Assembly (NCBI GenBank): GCA_034670305.1
Contig: JAXMNT010000002.1
Coordinates: 160,001 to 224,000 of the forward strand
Reading direction: 5' to 3'
DNA from: Deltaproteobacteria bacterium
Lineage (GTDB): Bacteria; Myxococcota_A; Polyangia; Polyangiales; Houyiibacteriaceae
Length of the DNA: 64,000 nucleotides
The position numbers and the translations under genes were made by a program. Below the pieces are notes generated by a model. The model saw only the letters and a program-made list of their open reading frames with translations. It did no database searches and had not been told where the DNA came from. This document shows positions 37,730-47,700 of the stretch, piece by piece; position 1 is the stretch's first letter, and every line of letters starts with the position of its first letter.

Positions 37730-37886
37730 ACGAGCACGGACGGCCGACGACGAATGCGGCGAAGTTCGAACGACGAAGCGACACCGACCCACTCGGCCGA
37801 TGTGCTCCTCGTCTGACCCGGTTTCGAACCGACCTCGACGCGCAGCTCACCAGCACGGTGAACGCGTAGTCTTCGTGGTCGGTTCG
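37730..37886 (-). promoter_or_regulatory. Structured thrS 5' leader (two long hairpins)
   Basis: cgaaccgacc/ggtcggttcg (37825-37886) and gagcac..cggccga/tcggccg..gtgctc (37732-37807). Confidence 0.5.
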
Positions 37887-37927
37887 GGGAAAATCATTCG
37901 GATGGGGGGTGTGCTTCGAGAAGCACC

Positions 37928-38002
37928 TGGTAGGCACGGGCGGGATTGAACCGCCGACCCCTGCCGTGTCAAGGCAGTGCTCTCCCACTGAGCTACGTGC
38001 CT
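37928..38002 (-). tRNA. tRNA-Val (anticodon GAC)
   Basis: AGGCACGTAGCTCAGTGGGAGAGC...TTGACAC...GGTTCAATCC...GTGCCTACCA. Confidence 0.96.
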
Positions 38003-38062
38003 GAGAGAGGCCCCGGACTTAACGCCCGTCGGTGACGCCGTCAAGGAAGTTGTTGAGGGGCG

Positions 38063-38662
38063 TCAGCGATCGCGCAGGCCTTTGCCGGCCAGGATCCGCG
38101 GGGCGAGTTTGTCGACTCGGGCCGCGCGGGTCTTCGACTGCTTCGCGTCCGAGATGTGCAGGTGGTAGCCACGCTGGCGGCCCGGCGTGAGCGCTTCGAA
38201 CGCGGCCTTGAACGTCGGGTCCGCGTCGAGGCGCGCTTGCAGCTCCGCCACCAGCACCAGCGGCGCGCGTTCGGGCAGCGGCGTGCCGGCGTCTTCGACC
38301 GCCATCGCCTGGCGCACCAGATCCCGCAGCGTCGGCTCGAGTCGTTTTACGTCCTCGGTGCTGCGGAAGCACACCCGCCGCGACGAGTGGGTGTTCTTGC
38401 CCTGCGACTCGAGCACGCCCTCGGGCGCCTCGAGCAAGATCCCCTTCACGAAGAGCAGCGCGAGGAAGCCCTTGAACGACTGCACGATGCAGACGTTGTT
38501 CCCGTCGTGCCCGTAGCAGGGCTTGCCCCACTTCACCGCCTCGCTCAGCCCACAGTCGAGCAGGACCGGCCGCAGCGCCTTGGCTTCGTCCCGCCACCGC
38601 GGATTCGCGGCCAACCACTGGTCGACGTTCGCGTACTTCTCCATGACGTCAGGATTTAGCAT
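38063..38662 (-). CDS. YdeI/OmpD-associated family protein (DUF1801)
   Basis: VKWGKPCY, LLFVKG, AFEALTPGRQRGY, AKQSKTRAARV. Confidence 0.9.
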   Translation of the reverse strand: MLNPDVMEKYANVDQWLAANPRWRDEAKALRPVLLDCGLSEAVKWGKPCYGHDGNNVCIVQSFKGFLALLFVKGILLEAPEGVLESQGKNTHSSRRVCFRSTEDVKRLEPTLRDLVRQAMAVEDAGTPLPERAPLVLVAELQARLDADPTFKAAFEALTPGRQRGYHLHISDAKQSKTRAARVDKLAPRILAGKGLRDR

Positions 38663-38789
38663 CCGGTCGCGCGGCCGGTCGAGGGTCGGCTTGGCCTCCT
38701 TGAGGCGCCACCCCGCCGACCGCTACGCTGGACCATCCATCGGGCCAGCCAACCTCCACGGGTAGGGGCGCGAACTCGGATGAGGGCGA

Positions 38790-38946
38790 CTTCGGCGTCG
38801 GCTTCGGCGTCGGCGTCGGCATCGGCATCGGCGTCGGCATCGGCATCGGCTTCGGCGTCGGCTTCGGGATCGGCTTCGGCTTCGGCTTCGGCTTCGGCTT
38901 CGGCCCCGAACAGGGGCAGGGGCAAGGGCAAGGGCAGGGGCAAGGG
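38790..38946. repeat. Composite hexamer element 2
   Basis: (GGCNTC)n 38790-38904; linker cccgaaca; (GGGCAR)n 38913-38946. Confidence 0.9.
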
Positions 38947-38964
38947 TAGCGGGCCTTTGGCCCG

Positions 38965-39939
38965 CTAGGCGTCGTACATACCCAGCGCCCAGCGCAGGGT
39001 GTCTCGATCGATGTTCTGGCCGGTGTGCACGATGACCACCCGCTTGCCCGCGAGTTTGGTCTTGAGCTTCTCCGCCGCGGCGTAGGCCGCAGCAGCCGCG
39101 CCTTCGGCGACGTTGTGGGTGGTCTCGAGCGCGACGCGCACGCCCATCTTCATCTCTTCTTCGCTGACCTCGACGACTTCGTCGACTTGGTCTTTCACGA
39201 TCGAGAAGGGCAGCTCGAACGCGCGCCGAGTGGCGAGCCCTTCCGCGAAGGTGTCCGCGCTCTCGACCTCTTCGAGTTTGCCGCTCTTCAAACTCTTGGC
39301 GAGCGCGTTGGCGCGCTCGGACTGCACCGCGACGATGGTCACGTCGGGCCGCATCGTGCGCATCGTCGTGACCACGCCCGCGAGGCCGCTGCCACCACCG
39401 ACCGGCACGATGATCGCGTCGACGTCTGGAAGGTCCTCGACGATCTCCATCGCGTAGGTGCCCACGCCCGCGATCAAGTGCGGGTCGTTGGCCACGTGCA
39501 CGTAGCGGAGGTCGTCGTTCATCGCGCGGGCTTCGGCTTCCGCGCACGCGGCTTCGAAGTCGTTGCCGTGCACGAAGAGTTCACCGCCGAGCGCTTCGAT
39601 GTTCGCGTTGGTCTCGCGGTTGTTGCCCTTCGGTACGTAGATGACCGCGCGGGACCCGAACGCGCGCGCCGCCCATGCGAGTGAGAGCCCGTGCGAGCTG
39701 CGCGTCGCGGTGACGACGCCCCGGCGGCGCTGCTTGTCGCTCAAGCTCGCGAAGAGGTTCACGCCGCCGCGCACCTTGAACGCGCCGATCGGGAGATGGT
39801 TTTCGTGTTTGACGTACGCGTCCAGTCCCAGCCGCGCGCTCAAGAGCGGATGGCGGTAGAGCGGCGTGCGACGAACGTGTCGATGAACGATGGGCCAGGC
39901 GCGAAGGACGTCACGAAAGCCGACGATGGGTTCTGACAA
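38965..39939 (-). CDS. PLP-dependent threonine/serine dehydratase family protein (no regulatory domain)
   Basis: RTPL, KHENHLPIGAFKVRG, VPVGGGSG, TFAEGLA, AEGAAAA; TTG start. Confidence 0.9.
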   Translation of the reverse strand: MSEPIVGFRDVLRAWPIVHRHVRRTPLYRHPLLSARLGLDAYVKHENHLPIGAFKVRGGVNLFASLSDKQRRRGVVTATRSSHGLSLAWAARAFGSRAVIYVPKGNNRETNANIEALGGELFVHGNDFEAACAEAEARAMNDDLRYVHVANDPHLIAGVGTYAMEIVEDLPDVDAIIVPVGGGSGLAGVVTTMRTMRPDVTIVAVQSERANALAKSLKSGKLEEVESADTFAEGLATRRAFELPFSIVKDQVDEVVEVSEEEMKMGVRVALETTHNVAEGAAAAAYAAAEKLKTKLAGKRVVIVHTGQNIDRDTLRWALGMYDA

Positions 39940-40070
39940 CGAAAGTTTCTCCGAATGGGAAAGAGGGTCTGGGAGCGCACTCCGGGACAGCCCGTGAGTC
40001 TACAACGTCACGACCCCTCGATGGATCATGTTCTCGTGGAAGCGGGAAACCCAAGGGCAAGCGCATGCGC

Positions 40071-41621
40071 TCAGTCGAGGACTTCCTCGGACTCGGGTTC
40101 CGGCTCTTCTTCGAGCACTGGCGCGGGGCCTTCGAGTTCGATCTCGGCGAGCTCGCTCCGAAGCTCGCGCATCTGGCGCCGGTAGCGGCCGAGCGCGCCG
40201 GCGGGCAGGAGCAGGCCCGGCCCGTTGAGCACCGCCATGGGATCGACGAACCGGCTGTGGCGTTTGAGCCCGAAGTGTAGGTGCGGCCCGGTCGAGCGAC
40301 CGGTCGTGCCGACGGTCCCGATCGGGTCCCGTTGCTGTACTTCCGCTCCGACCCGGATGCCGCGCTGGATGCGGTGCAAGTGCGCGTAGTGGCTCTCGTA
40401 GCCGCTCGCGTGGCGGATCGAGACGAGGTTGCCGTTCGGTCCTTTGGGGCCCGCCCAGGTGATCACCCCGTCGGCCGCTGCCCAGACCGGCGTGCCGGTG
40501 GAGGCCGCGAAGTCGACGCCGTTGTGCGGCACGATCCGCCGGAGGATGGGGTGCATGCGACGCGGGTTGTAGGGAGAGCTCATGCGATCGTAGCGGCACG
40601 GCACCCGAAGCCAGCTCCCGCGGATCTGCCGGCCGTCTTCGTCGTACCACTCGCCGCGGCCCTCGTGCTCGAAGTGGAACGCGCGCAGCGTGCCGGCCCG
40701 CTGCCCGACGTACTCGACCGCGTGGACCTGGCCCCACTGGAGAAACTCCCCTTCGAGCCGCTCCTCATCGAGGATCACCCGAAACTGATCGCCCGCGCGC
40801 GCCTGGGTCGAGAAGTTCACCTTGCCGTCGAAGACCTCGACGAAGAGCCCGACGATGGTGCGGCCGAGCCCCGCGGAATCCACCGCGTCTCCGAGTGAGG
40901 AACGCACGGTGCCGCCCCTCGAGAGCCGGGTCCGCGTGACCTCCCGCTCGACGCGTTCCCCGACGATCGCGTCGCCTTCACCGCGCCGGAACACCGCGAA
41001 GCTGGTGGGTTGGTCGTGGTACTCGAACCGCACCAGGCGCCCCTCCGAATCCCGATCGTAGATCAGCGCGTGGTCGGGGCGGCAGCGGCGGAAGTCGAGC
41101 ACGCCCTCGGACGCACCTTCGATCGCAGCGGACTCCTCGTTGCTCAACCCTGCGGCGAGCAAGGCGGGGCGGAACCCGCGGGCCTGACCGAAGGTCGCGG
41201 TGAACCGTTGGTGTCCGGCGGCGGTCTCTTCGGGCTCGAGGACGGCGACCGGCGCGACCTCGTCCACATCGTCGACCTCCACCTCCTCGGGCGGCGCTTC
41301 TTTGTGGATGGCGCGCTTGAGCACCCCAGTGGCACCCGCCTGCGCCACGTCTTCCGCGTCGTCCTCGTCCAGGTCCGTGCCCATGGCGGCCAGGGAGGGG
41401 TCCTCGGCGGGCGCCTCCTCGCCGTCGAACCACCACGTCCAGCCGAGGTACAGCACGCCGAGCAACGCGCCGAGGGCCAGCACACCTTTGAACGCCGCGG
41501 CCCGCACCCGGGCAGCCCGCACCTGGCCCGGCAGGAGCGCCATGTCCACCGAGGGCAGCGGGCGCGAGAGCGGATCGGGCCCTTCGCCCGGTTCCGTTCC
41601 ACCGCTGAGTTCCGCCGCCAT
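40071..41621 (-). CDS. M23 family metallopeptidase (MepM-like), membrane anchored
   Basis: RMHPIL, HNGVDF, YAHL, GRSTGPHLHF. Confidence 0.93.
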   Translation of the reverse strand: MAAELSGGTEPGEGPDPLSRPLPSVDMALLPGQVRAARVRAAAFKGVLALGALLGVLYLGWTWWFDGEEAPAEDPSLAAMGTDLDEDDAEDVAQAGATGVLKRAIHKEAPPEEVEVDDVDEVAPVAVLEPEETAAGHQRFTATFGQARGFRPALLAAGLSNEESAAIEGASEGVLDFRRCRPDHALIYDRDSEGRLVRFEYHDQPTSFAVFRRGEGDAIVGERVEREVTRTRLSRGGTVRSSLGDAVDSAGLGRTIVGLFVEVFDGKVNFSTQARAGDQFRVILDEERLEGEFLQWGQVHAVEYVGQRAGTLRAFHFEHEGRGEWYDEDGRQIRGSWLRVPCRYDRMSSPYNPRRMHPILRRIVPHNGVDFAASTGTPVWAAADGVITWAGPKGPNGNLVSIRHASGYESHYAHLHRIQRGIRVGAEVQQRDPIGTVGTTGRSTGPHLHFGLKRHSRFVDPMAVLNGPGLLLPAGALGRYRRQMRELRSELAEIELEGPAPVLEEEPEPESEEVLD

Positions 41622-41798
41622 GCCCCAGGGTTATCGCGCCCCCGAGACGGAGGCAACGGGACCCGTGGGACTGCAATCCGGTCGCCAGGCGTTCATGGTG
41701 CGAACCCGGTCGAGCCTGCTAGTCTCCGCCGCCGCGCCCCTGTGGGCGCAATTCTCCCTCTTTTCTTGCGCCCCCCACGGGTCACCACCCGCCTCCAC

Positions 41799-44249
41799 GT
41801 GCACTCACGACGTCGTCAGTTTTGGATCTTCACCGGCATCCTCTTCAGCGGGATCGCCGCGCTCCTCGTGGTCGGCATCGGCGGGTTCGGGATTTGGGAT
41901 CCCTGGGAGCTGAACGCCGCCGACGCGGCGCGGGATCTGCTGGACGGCGAGCTGGAGCAGACCGCCCCGCCGCTCAGCCGCTGGCTCATCGCGCTCGGGT
42001 TCTCGTCCTTCGGCGTCAGCGAGTGGTCGGGCCGGCTGCCGATCGCACTGGGCGGGCTGCTGGTCCTCGGCGCCGCGTTCTGGGGCGGCCGGAAGTTCTC
42101 GTCGGATCGGACCGCGCTCTACGCGGCCTTGATCGCCGGCAGCTCCCCGCTCTTCCTCTTCAACGCGCGCCAAATGCTCGGTACCGCCTGGGGCATGGGC
42201 GCGACCGGACTGCTCGGGGTGATCGCCGCGTCCGCAGCCCTCCTGCCGTGCACCTCCGAGGACGCGTCGGTGCGCATGCGCCACGCCGTGCTCCACGTCG
42301 CAGGACTCGCGGGCGCGTTCGCCCTCGCCCTGCTCGCGGCCGGTGGCCTCTCCGGCGCCGCGCCGCCCTTGCTCGCGGTCGCTGGTGTGCTGCTCCTGCG
42401 GCAGCGCATCCCCACCGACCGAGCGCAGCAGGTGCGCGCGCTCGCGGTCGTCGGCTTGGCCGTGGTGACCGCGGTGCTGGTCGGCTTCGCCATCTCCACG
42501 GACGCGGCCGAGTACAGCATGTGGCTGGGCGGTTCCCCGCGCGGCGGCGATCCCCCCACCTTCGAGGCGGCCCTCGAGGTCGTGTTCCACTCGTTCGCGC
42601 CGTGGAGCGCCTTGGTGCTCATCGCCTGCGCCCGCATGCTCGCCCCCGCCTCCGCGGAGGCGCCCACCGAAACGGCCGACGCGACCGATGTGGACGAAGA
42701 CGCCGATGCGGACGAAGACGACGCAGAGGACGAGGCACTCGGCGGCCTGGCCCTGAGCGAAGCGTTCGCGGACTTCCGGCTCGTGCTCGTACTCTGGGCA
42801 GCGTTCGGTTACGCGGCGCTCAACCTCTACACCGCCCGCTACGGCCCGACGACCTACCTGGCGATCGTGCCCCTGGCCCTCGCGGTCGCGCTCTTCCTAC
42901 GCGACATCGAACAGTCCAAGCGCGCCTGGTGGCCAGAAGCGGTCATCTCGATGCTCTTCGTGGGGCTGCTCATCCGCGACTTCGCCCTCTACCCCGAGAG
43001 CCCCGTCCGCGGACTGCCGATCTCTGGGCTGACGGTGCCGGAGATCTTCGACGCGAAGGCGGGCTGGGCTGGGGTGCTCGGCCTCTTCGGACTCGCGCTC
43101 CTCGTCGGCATGGGCGTGCGACCCAAGGGCGCGCGGCCAGACTTCCGCGCCCCCTACCGCTGGCTTCGCGATCGCTACCGGCGGGACATGGCCGGACGGA
43201 TTTGGATCGGGCTCGGCGCGACCCTCGCAGCCGCGATGCTCATCTTCGGCGCGGTGTGTTGGATCGGCGGCGACGCCCTCCCCTTCACCTCCATCGTGAC
43301 GCGGGTCGGCAAGAAGATCGCGCTCGTGCCGATCGTCATTCCGATCCTGGTCGCCGCGGTCCCGTGGGGCAGCGCACTCGCGAACCTGATCGGCCACTGG
43401 CGCATGGTGCCGCTGCTCGGCGCCGGCGCCGTGTTCGCGGTCTACGCTGCGCATGGCTACCTGCCGGAGCTCAGCCAGCACTTCTCTCCGCGCGAGGTCT
43501 ACGACAGCTACAACGAGCTCGCGGGCGAAGGCGAGCCGCTCGCGGAGTACGGCGTCGGCGGCCGGGCCGCGGCCTACTACGCCGACGGAGAGACGACGGA
43601 CCTCGACACCCAGCCGCAGTTGCAAGAGTGGCTGGCGCGCGAAGAGCGGGTGTGGGCGGTGGTGCCGGCGGATGATCTCGCCGCGATCAACCGGACCTTC
43701 CGCCAGGCGCACCAGCGCCACCTCTACGTCGCGGACGCGCGTTCGGCGCGGGTGCTGCTGGTGACCAACCAGAACATCGCTGGCCGCGAGAACCAGAACT
43801 TCATCGCGGGCGCGGTGCTCGACGAAGCGCCGCGGATTCAACACCGCGTGGGTGGCCGTTTCGACGACAAGATCGAACTCATCGGCTACGACCTCGACCT
43901 GCCGAACGAAGGCTACGTCGGCGCCGGGCAGGCGTTCACCGTGACCTGGTACTGGCGCGCGCTGACCCGGGTCGGCGGCTCCTACAAGATCTTCTTGCAC
44001 GTCGACGGCCACGGCAACCGGCTCAACGGCGACCACGACCCGGTCGACGAGCGCTACCCGGTGCGGCTCTGGGACGAAGGCGACATCGTCGTCGACCGCC
44101 AGACGTTGCGCGTGCCCGCGAACTACCGACCTGGCCCGTACACGTTCTGGATCGGCTTCTTCAGCGGCAACTCCCGCCTGAGCGTCCACCCCGAAGAACG
44201 CGACGACGGAGCCCAGCGCATGAACGCCGGCACCGTCATGGTCCGCTGA
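41799..44249 (+). CDS. ArnT/PMT-like (GT-C) polytopic membrane glycosyltransferase
   Basis: GIWDPWE..AADAAR, PPLSRWLIALGFSSFGVSEWSGRLP; C-terminal soluble domain YKIFLHVD...DHDP; start inferred. Confidence 0.8.
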   Translation: MHSRRRQFWIFTGILFSGIAALLVVGIGGFGIWDPWELNAADAARDLLDGELEQTAPPLSRWLIALGFSSFGVSEWSGRLPIALGGLLVLGAAFWGGRKFSSDRTALYAALIAGSSPLFLFNARQMLGTAWGMGATGLLGVIAASAALLPCTSEDASVRMRHAVLHVAGLAGAFALALLAAGGLSGAAPPLLAVAGVLLLRQRIPTDRAQQVRALAVVGLAVVTAVLVGFAISTDAAEYSMWLGGSPRGGDPPTFEAALEVVFHSFAPWSALVLIACARMLAPASAEAPTETADATDVDEDADADEDDAEDEALGGLALSEAFADFRLVLVLWAAFGYAALNLYTARYGPTTYLAIVPLALAVALFLRDIEQSKRAWWPEAVISMLFVGLLIRDFALYPESPVRGLPISGLTVPEIFDAKAGWAGVLGLFGLALLVGMGVRPKGARPDFRAPYRWLRDRYRRDMAGRIWIGLGATLAAAMLIFGAVCWIGGDALPFTSIVTRVGKKIALVPIVIPILVAAVPWGSALANLIGHWRMVPLLGAGAVFAVYAAHGYLPELSQHFSPREVYDSYNELAGEGEPLAEYGVGGRAAAYYADGETTDLDTQPQLQEWLAREERVWAVVPADDLAAINRTFRQAHQRHLYVADARSARVLLVTNQNIAGRENQNFIAGAVLDEAPRIQHRVGGRFDDKIELIGYDLDLPNEGYVGAGQAFTVTWYWRALTRVGGSYKIFLHVDGHGNRLNGDHDPVDERYPVRLWDEGDIVVDRQTLRVPANYRPGPYTFWIGFFSGNSRLSVHPEERDDGAQRMNAGTVMVR

Positions 44250-44308
44250 GCAGCGTTTCCAAACCCATCGGCCTTGTCCTCGGTCGGTCGTCGTGGTGCA
44301 GTGGCTCC

Positions 44309-44680
44309 ATGGCCAAGCTGGACGACGACGAACGGCGCGCGCACAGCCGCTTCGTCACGAAGCTGAAGGTCGACATCCGTTCGGACGATCACTTCCTCTT
44401 CGCGTACATCACGAACATCAGCGAGATGGGCATCTTCATCCGCTCGGACGAACCGATGGAGCTCGGCACCGAGGTGACGCTCGGGTTCGGCGGCGACGGC
44501 CCGGGCGACGTCTCGCTCGAACTCGATGGAGTGGTGGTCTGGGTCAACCCCGTGCGCCTCGGCGAGAACCTGAACCCCGGCATGGGCGTCCACTTCCCGT
44601 CCTTGACGCCCGAGCAACGCGAGACCCTGGTCGAGCTGATCCGCGCCATCGCGTACCTAGACGACCAGCCCACGAGCTGA
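44309..44680 (+). CDS. PilZ-domain protein (myxobacterial TIGR02266-like)
   Basis: ERRAHSR, NISEMGIFI, GVVVWVN, PGMGVHF. Confidence 0.88.
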   Translation: MAKLDDDERRAHSRFVTKLKVDIRSDDHFLFAYITNISEMGIFIRSDEPMELGTEVTLGFGGDGPGDVSLELDGVVVWVNPVRLGENLNPGMGVHFPSLTPEQRETLVELIRAIAYLDDQPTS

Positions 44681-44712
44681 GGTCGGGAGCGACACGCGGG
44701 ACGCGCGCGGAC

Positions 44713-45020
44713 GCGGCAGCGGTAGCGGTAGCGGTTTCGGAAGCGGTAGCGGACTCGGAAGCGGTTGCGGTTTCGGAAGCGGACTCGGAAGCGGCAGCGG
44801 CAGCGGTAGCGGTTTCGGAAGCGGTAGCGGACTCGGAAGCGGTTGCGGTTTCGGAAGCGGACTCGGAAGCGGTTGCGTTCGGAATCGGCGTCGGCGTCGG
44901 CGTCGGCTTCGGCATCGGCTTTCGGCCTCGGCGTCGGATCGGACCGAACCGCGGGCACGGGCACGGGCACGGGCACGGGCACGGGAACCGCACATCCTCT
45001 CCTTCGGATTCGGATTCGGC
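44713..45020. repeat. Composite hexamer element 3 with 78-bp internal duplication
   Basis: GCGGTA/TCGGAA-type tract 44713-44880; (GGCNTC)n to about 44940; (GGGCAC)5 44953-44985; between convergent PilZ genes. Confidence 0.9.
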
Positions 45021-45065
45021 GCCACCACCAGCCTCAGCGAGGGGGCGTGCCGCCCGCCCTTCCCC

Positions 45066-45614
45066 TCAGCCCACGAGCTGCGTCGCGCCTGGCCACCAGC
45101 GCATGCCGGCGGTCAGGAAGTACGAGCTGCTGGCTTGATCGATCGCGTCGGACAGCTCCGTGTCCTCGACATCGAGCGACTCGACCTCTTCGATCCAGAC
45201 CATCTCGCTCGGGCCGGTGCGCGGCTTCTCGGGCAAGGGCGGCGGCAGTCCGAGCAGGCTCGCGCGGAGCTCGTCTTCGGCTTCTGCCTGAACGCCGACG
45301 AAGCGCACGCCCATGCCCGAGCGTGCGCGGTCTCGGCGGCGGCGGCGCAGCACTGCGCGTTCGACCCGCGCCATCAGCGTGAGGGATCGGACGCGGCCCG
45401 GAGGCACGATGTCGAGCACCATCTCGGTGCCGGGCTCGAGCAGGAGCTGGCTCTCGATGAACGCGCCGCGTTCGCTCAGGTCACGGACCCGATGGAGTGC
45501 CGGCCCCGCCCAGCCTTCGGCGAGCACTTCCGCGCCCACGTCCACGGCACGACGGATCTCGTTGCGATGATGAACCAAGACTTCGACCGACTGCAGCATG
45601 AACACGCCCTCCAC
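45066..45614 (-). CDS. PilZ-domain protein
   Basis: RNEIR, DLSERGAFI, ARVER, SGMGVRF. Confidence 0.8.
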   Translation of the reverse strand: MEGVFMLQSVEVLVHHRNEIRRAVDVGAEVLAEGWAGPALHRVRDLSERGAFIESQLLLEPGTEMVLDIVPPGRVRSLTLMARVERAVLRRRRRDRARSGMGVRFVGVQAEAEDELRASLLGLPPPLPEKPRTGPSEMVWIEEVESLDVEDTELSDAIDQASSSYFLTAGMRWWPGATQLVG

Positions 45615-45714
45615 GAACGCCTGAACGACGTCCGACCCACAGTGTCCTACCTGGACCTACATGGATCCAGAAAGTGACCGCCGCGCCCAACCGGTGGATG
45701 GCGGAACCCGGGAC

Positions 45715-46614
45715 TTATGGAAGTCGTTCCATGAGTGGTTCGCGGGTGCTCTCGTCCAGCGTGTAGCGGCCGTCTTCGAACCGGCCGCGGGTCACGAAGC
45801 TCGCGCCCTCTTCGATGTCGTAGATCCACAGCCCTTCCCGGCCGCGCATCGTGGTGCTGCCGGCGCCGCAGAGCGGGATCTTCATCTCGGGGACCTGGAC
45901 CCGGTAACACTTGTGCACGTGGCCGTGCAGCAGCGCGCCCCACTCGATGGCGCTGCACACCTCGAGCAGGTCGTCCGCGTTCTCGAGGCCGTGCTCCTTG
46001 GTGTCCGGTTTGCCGCTGCTCAGCCGCGGCGCGTAGTGGGTCATCACGAAGACGAACTTGCCGGCCAGGCGTGGGTCCGCAAGCACGGTGCGCAGCCCCT
46101 CGAGTTGCGGCTCGGGCACGCGACCGCTCGAGCGGCGGATCGGCGGGTTCGGGCGGGTGGAGTCGATGCCGATCACCGCGACGTGGTCTCCGAAGAACCG
46201 GACGAGCGGCCACCGGCCGTGTACGGCGAGGTCGGGCGCGTCGCTGACGAGCAGGTCGTCGAAGATGCGTTCGAAGACGCCGATCCCGTCGTCGAGGTAG
46301 ACGTCGTGGTTGCCCGGCACCGTTGCGAACCCGTGCGGCGCCTTCGTGAGCGGGTCGACGACCTGCCGCGCGAGTTCGAGTTCCGGCACCGTGCCGAGTG
46401 CGGTGTAGTCGCCGGTGCAGAGCACGACGTCCACGTTCGCTTCTTCGACCAGGCTGCCGAGCGCCTGCATCTTCACGAACGCGTCCGCGTAGTACTTGCG
46501 GCGGCGCAGGAAGAGGTTCGCCCAGCCGACGAACCGCTTGTTGAAGAACTGCGAGAGCGCGACCTCCGAGAAGCCGGCCTCGAGGTGCACGTCGCTGATG
46601 TGGAGAAAGCGCAT
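45715..46614 (-). CDS. Calcineurin-like metallophosphoesterase
   Basis: HISDVH, TGD, PGNHD, THY, LHGHVH; TGATG overlap with argC. Confidence 0.9.
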   Translation of the reverse strand: MRFLHISDVHLEAGFSEVALSQFFNKRFVGWANLFLRRRKYYADAFVKMQALGSLVEEANVDVVLCTGDYTALGTVPELELARQVVDPLTKAPHGFATVPGNHDVYLDDGIGVFERIFDDLLVSDAPDLAVHGRWPLVRFFGDHVAVIGIDSTRPNPPIRRSSGRVPEPQLEGLRTVLADPRLAGKFVFVMTHYAPRLSSGKPDTKEHGLENADDLLEVCSAIEWGALLHGHVHKCYRVQVPEMKIPLCGAGSTTMRGREGLWIYDIEEGASFVTRGRFEDGRYTLDESTREPLMERLP

Positions 46615-47663
46615 CAGGGCCAGCTTCCCGGGAGCGCGATGCCGGCGCCTTCGTCGAAGCCGAAGCGCAGGTTCACGCACTGGATGGCCTGACCAGCGGT
46701 GCCCTTGAGGAGGTTGTCGATCGCGCTCATCGCGACCACGCGGCCCGTGCGCGCATCGAACGCGTAGGAGACGTGCGCTCGGTTCGATCCGCGGACCCAG
46801 AGCGTGTCGGGCGGGCGGCCGTCTTCGAGCACCGCGACCGAAGGAGAGCCTTCGTAGAGCCGCGTGGCAGCGGCGCGGCAGGCGGCCGCGTCCGTGCCTT
46901 CTTTCGCCATCGCGTACGCGGTCACCAAGATGCCTCGGGTCATCGGGACGAGGTGCGGGGTGAAGGTGAGTGTGATGGCGCGTTTGGCGAGCGCGCCGAG
47001 TTCCTGTTCGATCTCCACCGTGTGGCGGTGGGTGCCGCCGACCTTGTAGGCCCGCACGCCCTCGGCGCTCTCGGGCAGGTGCGTGGCCGAGGAGACCGAC
47101 CGGCCGGCGCCCGAGACGCCGCTCTTGGCGTCGACGACCAGGCCTTCGGTGGAGATGAGATCGTTCGCGACCAGGGGCGCGAGCGCGAGCACCGCGGCGG
47201 TCGGATAACAGCCAGGCACCGCCACGAGATCCGCGGTGCGGAGTGCCTCGCGGTGCAGCTCGCACAACCCGTAGACCGATTCGTCGAAGCGATCGGGCGC
47301 GCCGTGTTCGCCGTACCAGGTCTCGTAGACCGACCGCGAGGTCAGCCGGAAGTCCGCGCTCAGATCGAACACCGGCAAACCGGCGGAGCGCAGCGCGTCC
47401 ACGACCTTGGCGCTCGCGCCGTGGGGCAGACCGCAGAACGCGAGATCGGCGCGCTGTGCGATCGACTTCGCGTCGAACGACTCCACCACTCCGTCCACGA
47501 GCCCGGTGAAACTCGGCAGCACGTCCGCGACCCGCTCGCCCGCTTTCGAGTGTCCGACGAGCGGACCGAGCTCGAGGTGGGGGTGTCCGAGCACGAGGCG
47601 CACCAGCTCCGCGCCGCCGTACCCGGTGGCGCCGACGATCGCCGCACGAAGACGTTTCGACAT
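46614..47663 (-). CDS. argC: N-acetyl-gamma-glutamyl-phosphate reductase
   Basis: GATGYGG, DLSADFRL, PGCYPT, SGVSGAGR, HRH, IDNLLKG. Confidence 0.97.
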   Translation of the reverse strand: MSKRLRAAIVGATGYGGAELVRLVLGHPHLELGPLVGHSKAGERVADVLPSFTGLVDGVVESFDAKSIAQRADLAFCGLPHGASAKVVDALRSAGLPVFDLSADFRLTSRSVYETWYGEHGAPDRFDESVYGLCELHREALRTADLVAVPGCYPTAAVLALAPLVANDLISTEGLVVDAKSGVSGAGRSVSSATHLPESAEGVRAYKVGGTHRHTVEIEQELGALAKRAITLTFTPHLVPMTRGILVTAYAMAKEGTDAAACRAAATRLYEGSPSVAVLEDGRPPDTLWVRGSNRAHVSYAFDARTGRVVAMSAIDNLLKGTAGQAIQCVNLRFGFDEGAGIALPGSWP

Positions 47664-47700
47664 GGTCTACGTGTTGGCGTCTGTGGCGAAGGAACGCAAA

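Noticed and set aside
37710-37925. T-box riboswitch upstream of thrS
   Set aside because: No recognisable T-box consensus or terminator/antiterminator pair
27625-38002. tRNA genes as integration sites of an island or prophage
   Set aside because: No integrase, no duplicated tRNA 3' end noticed, and flanking genes are housekeeping
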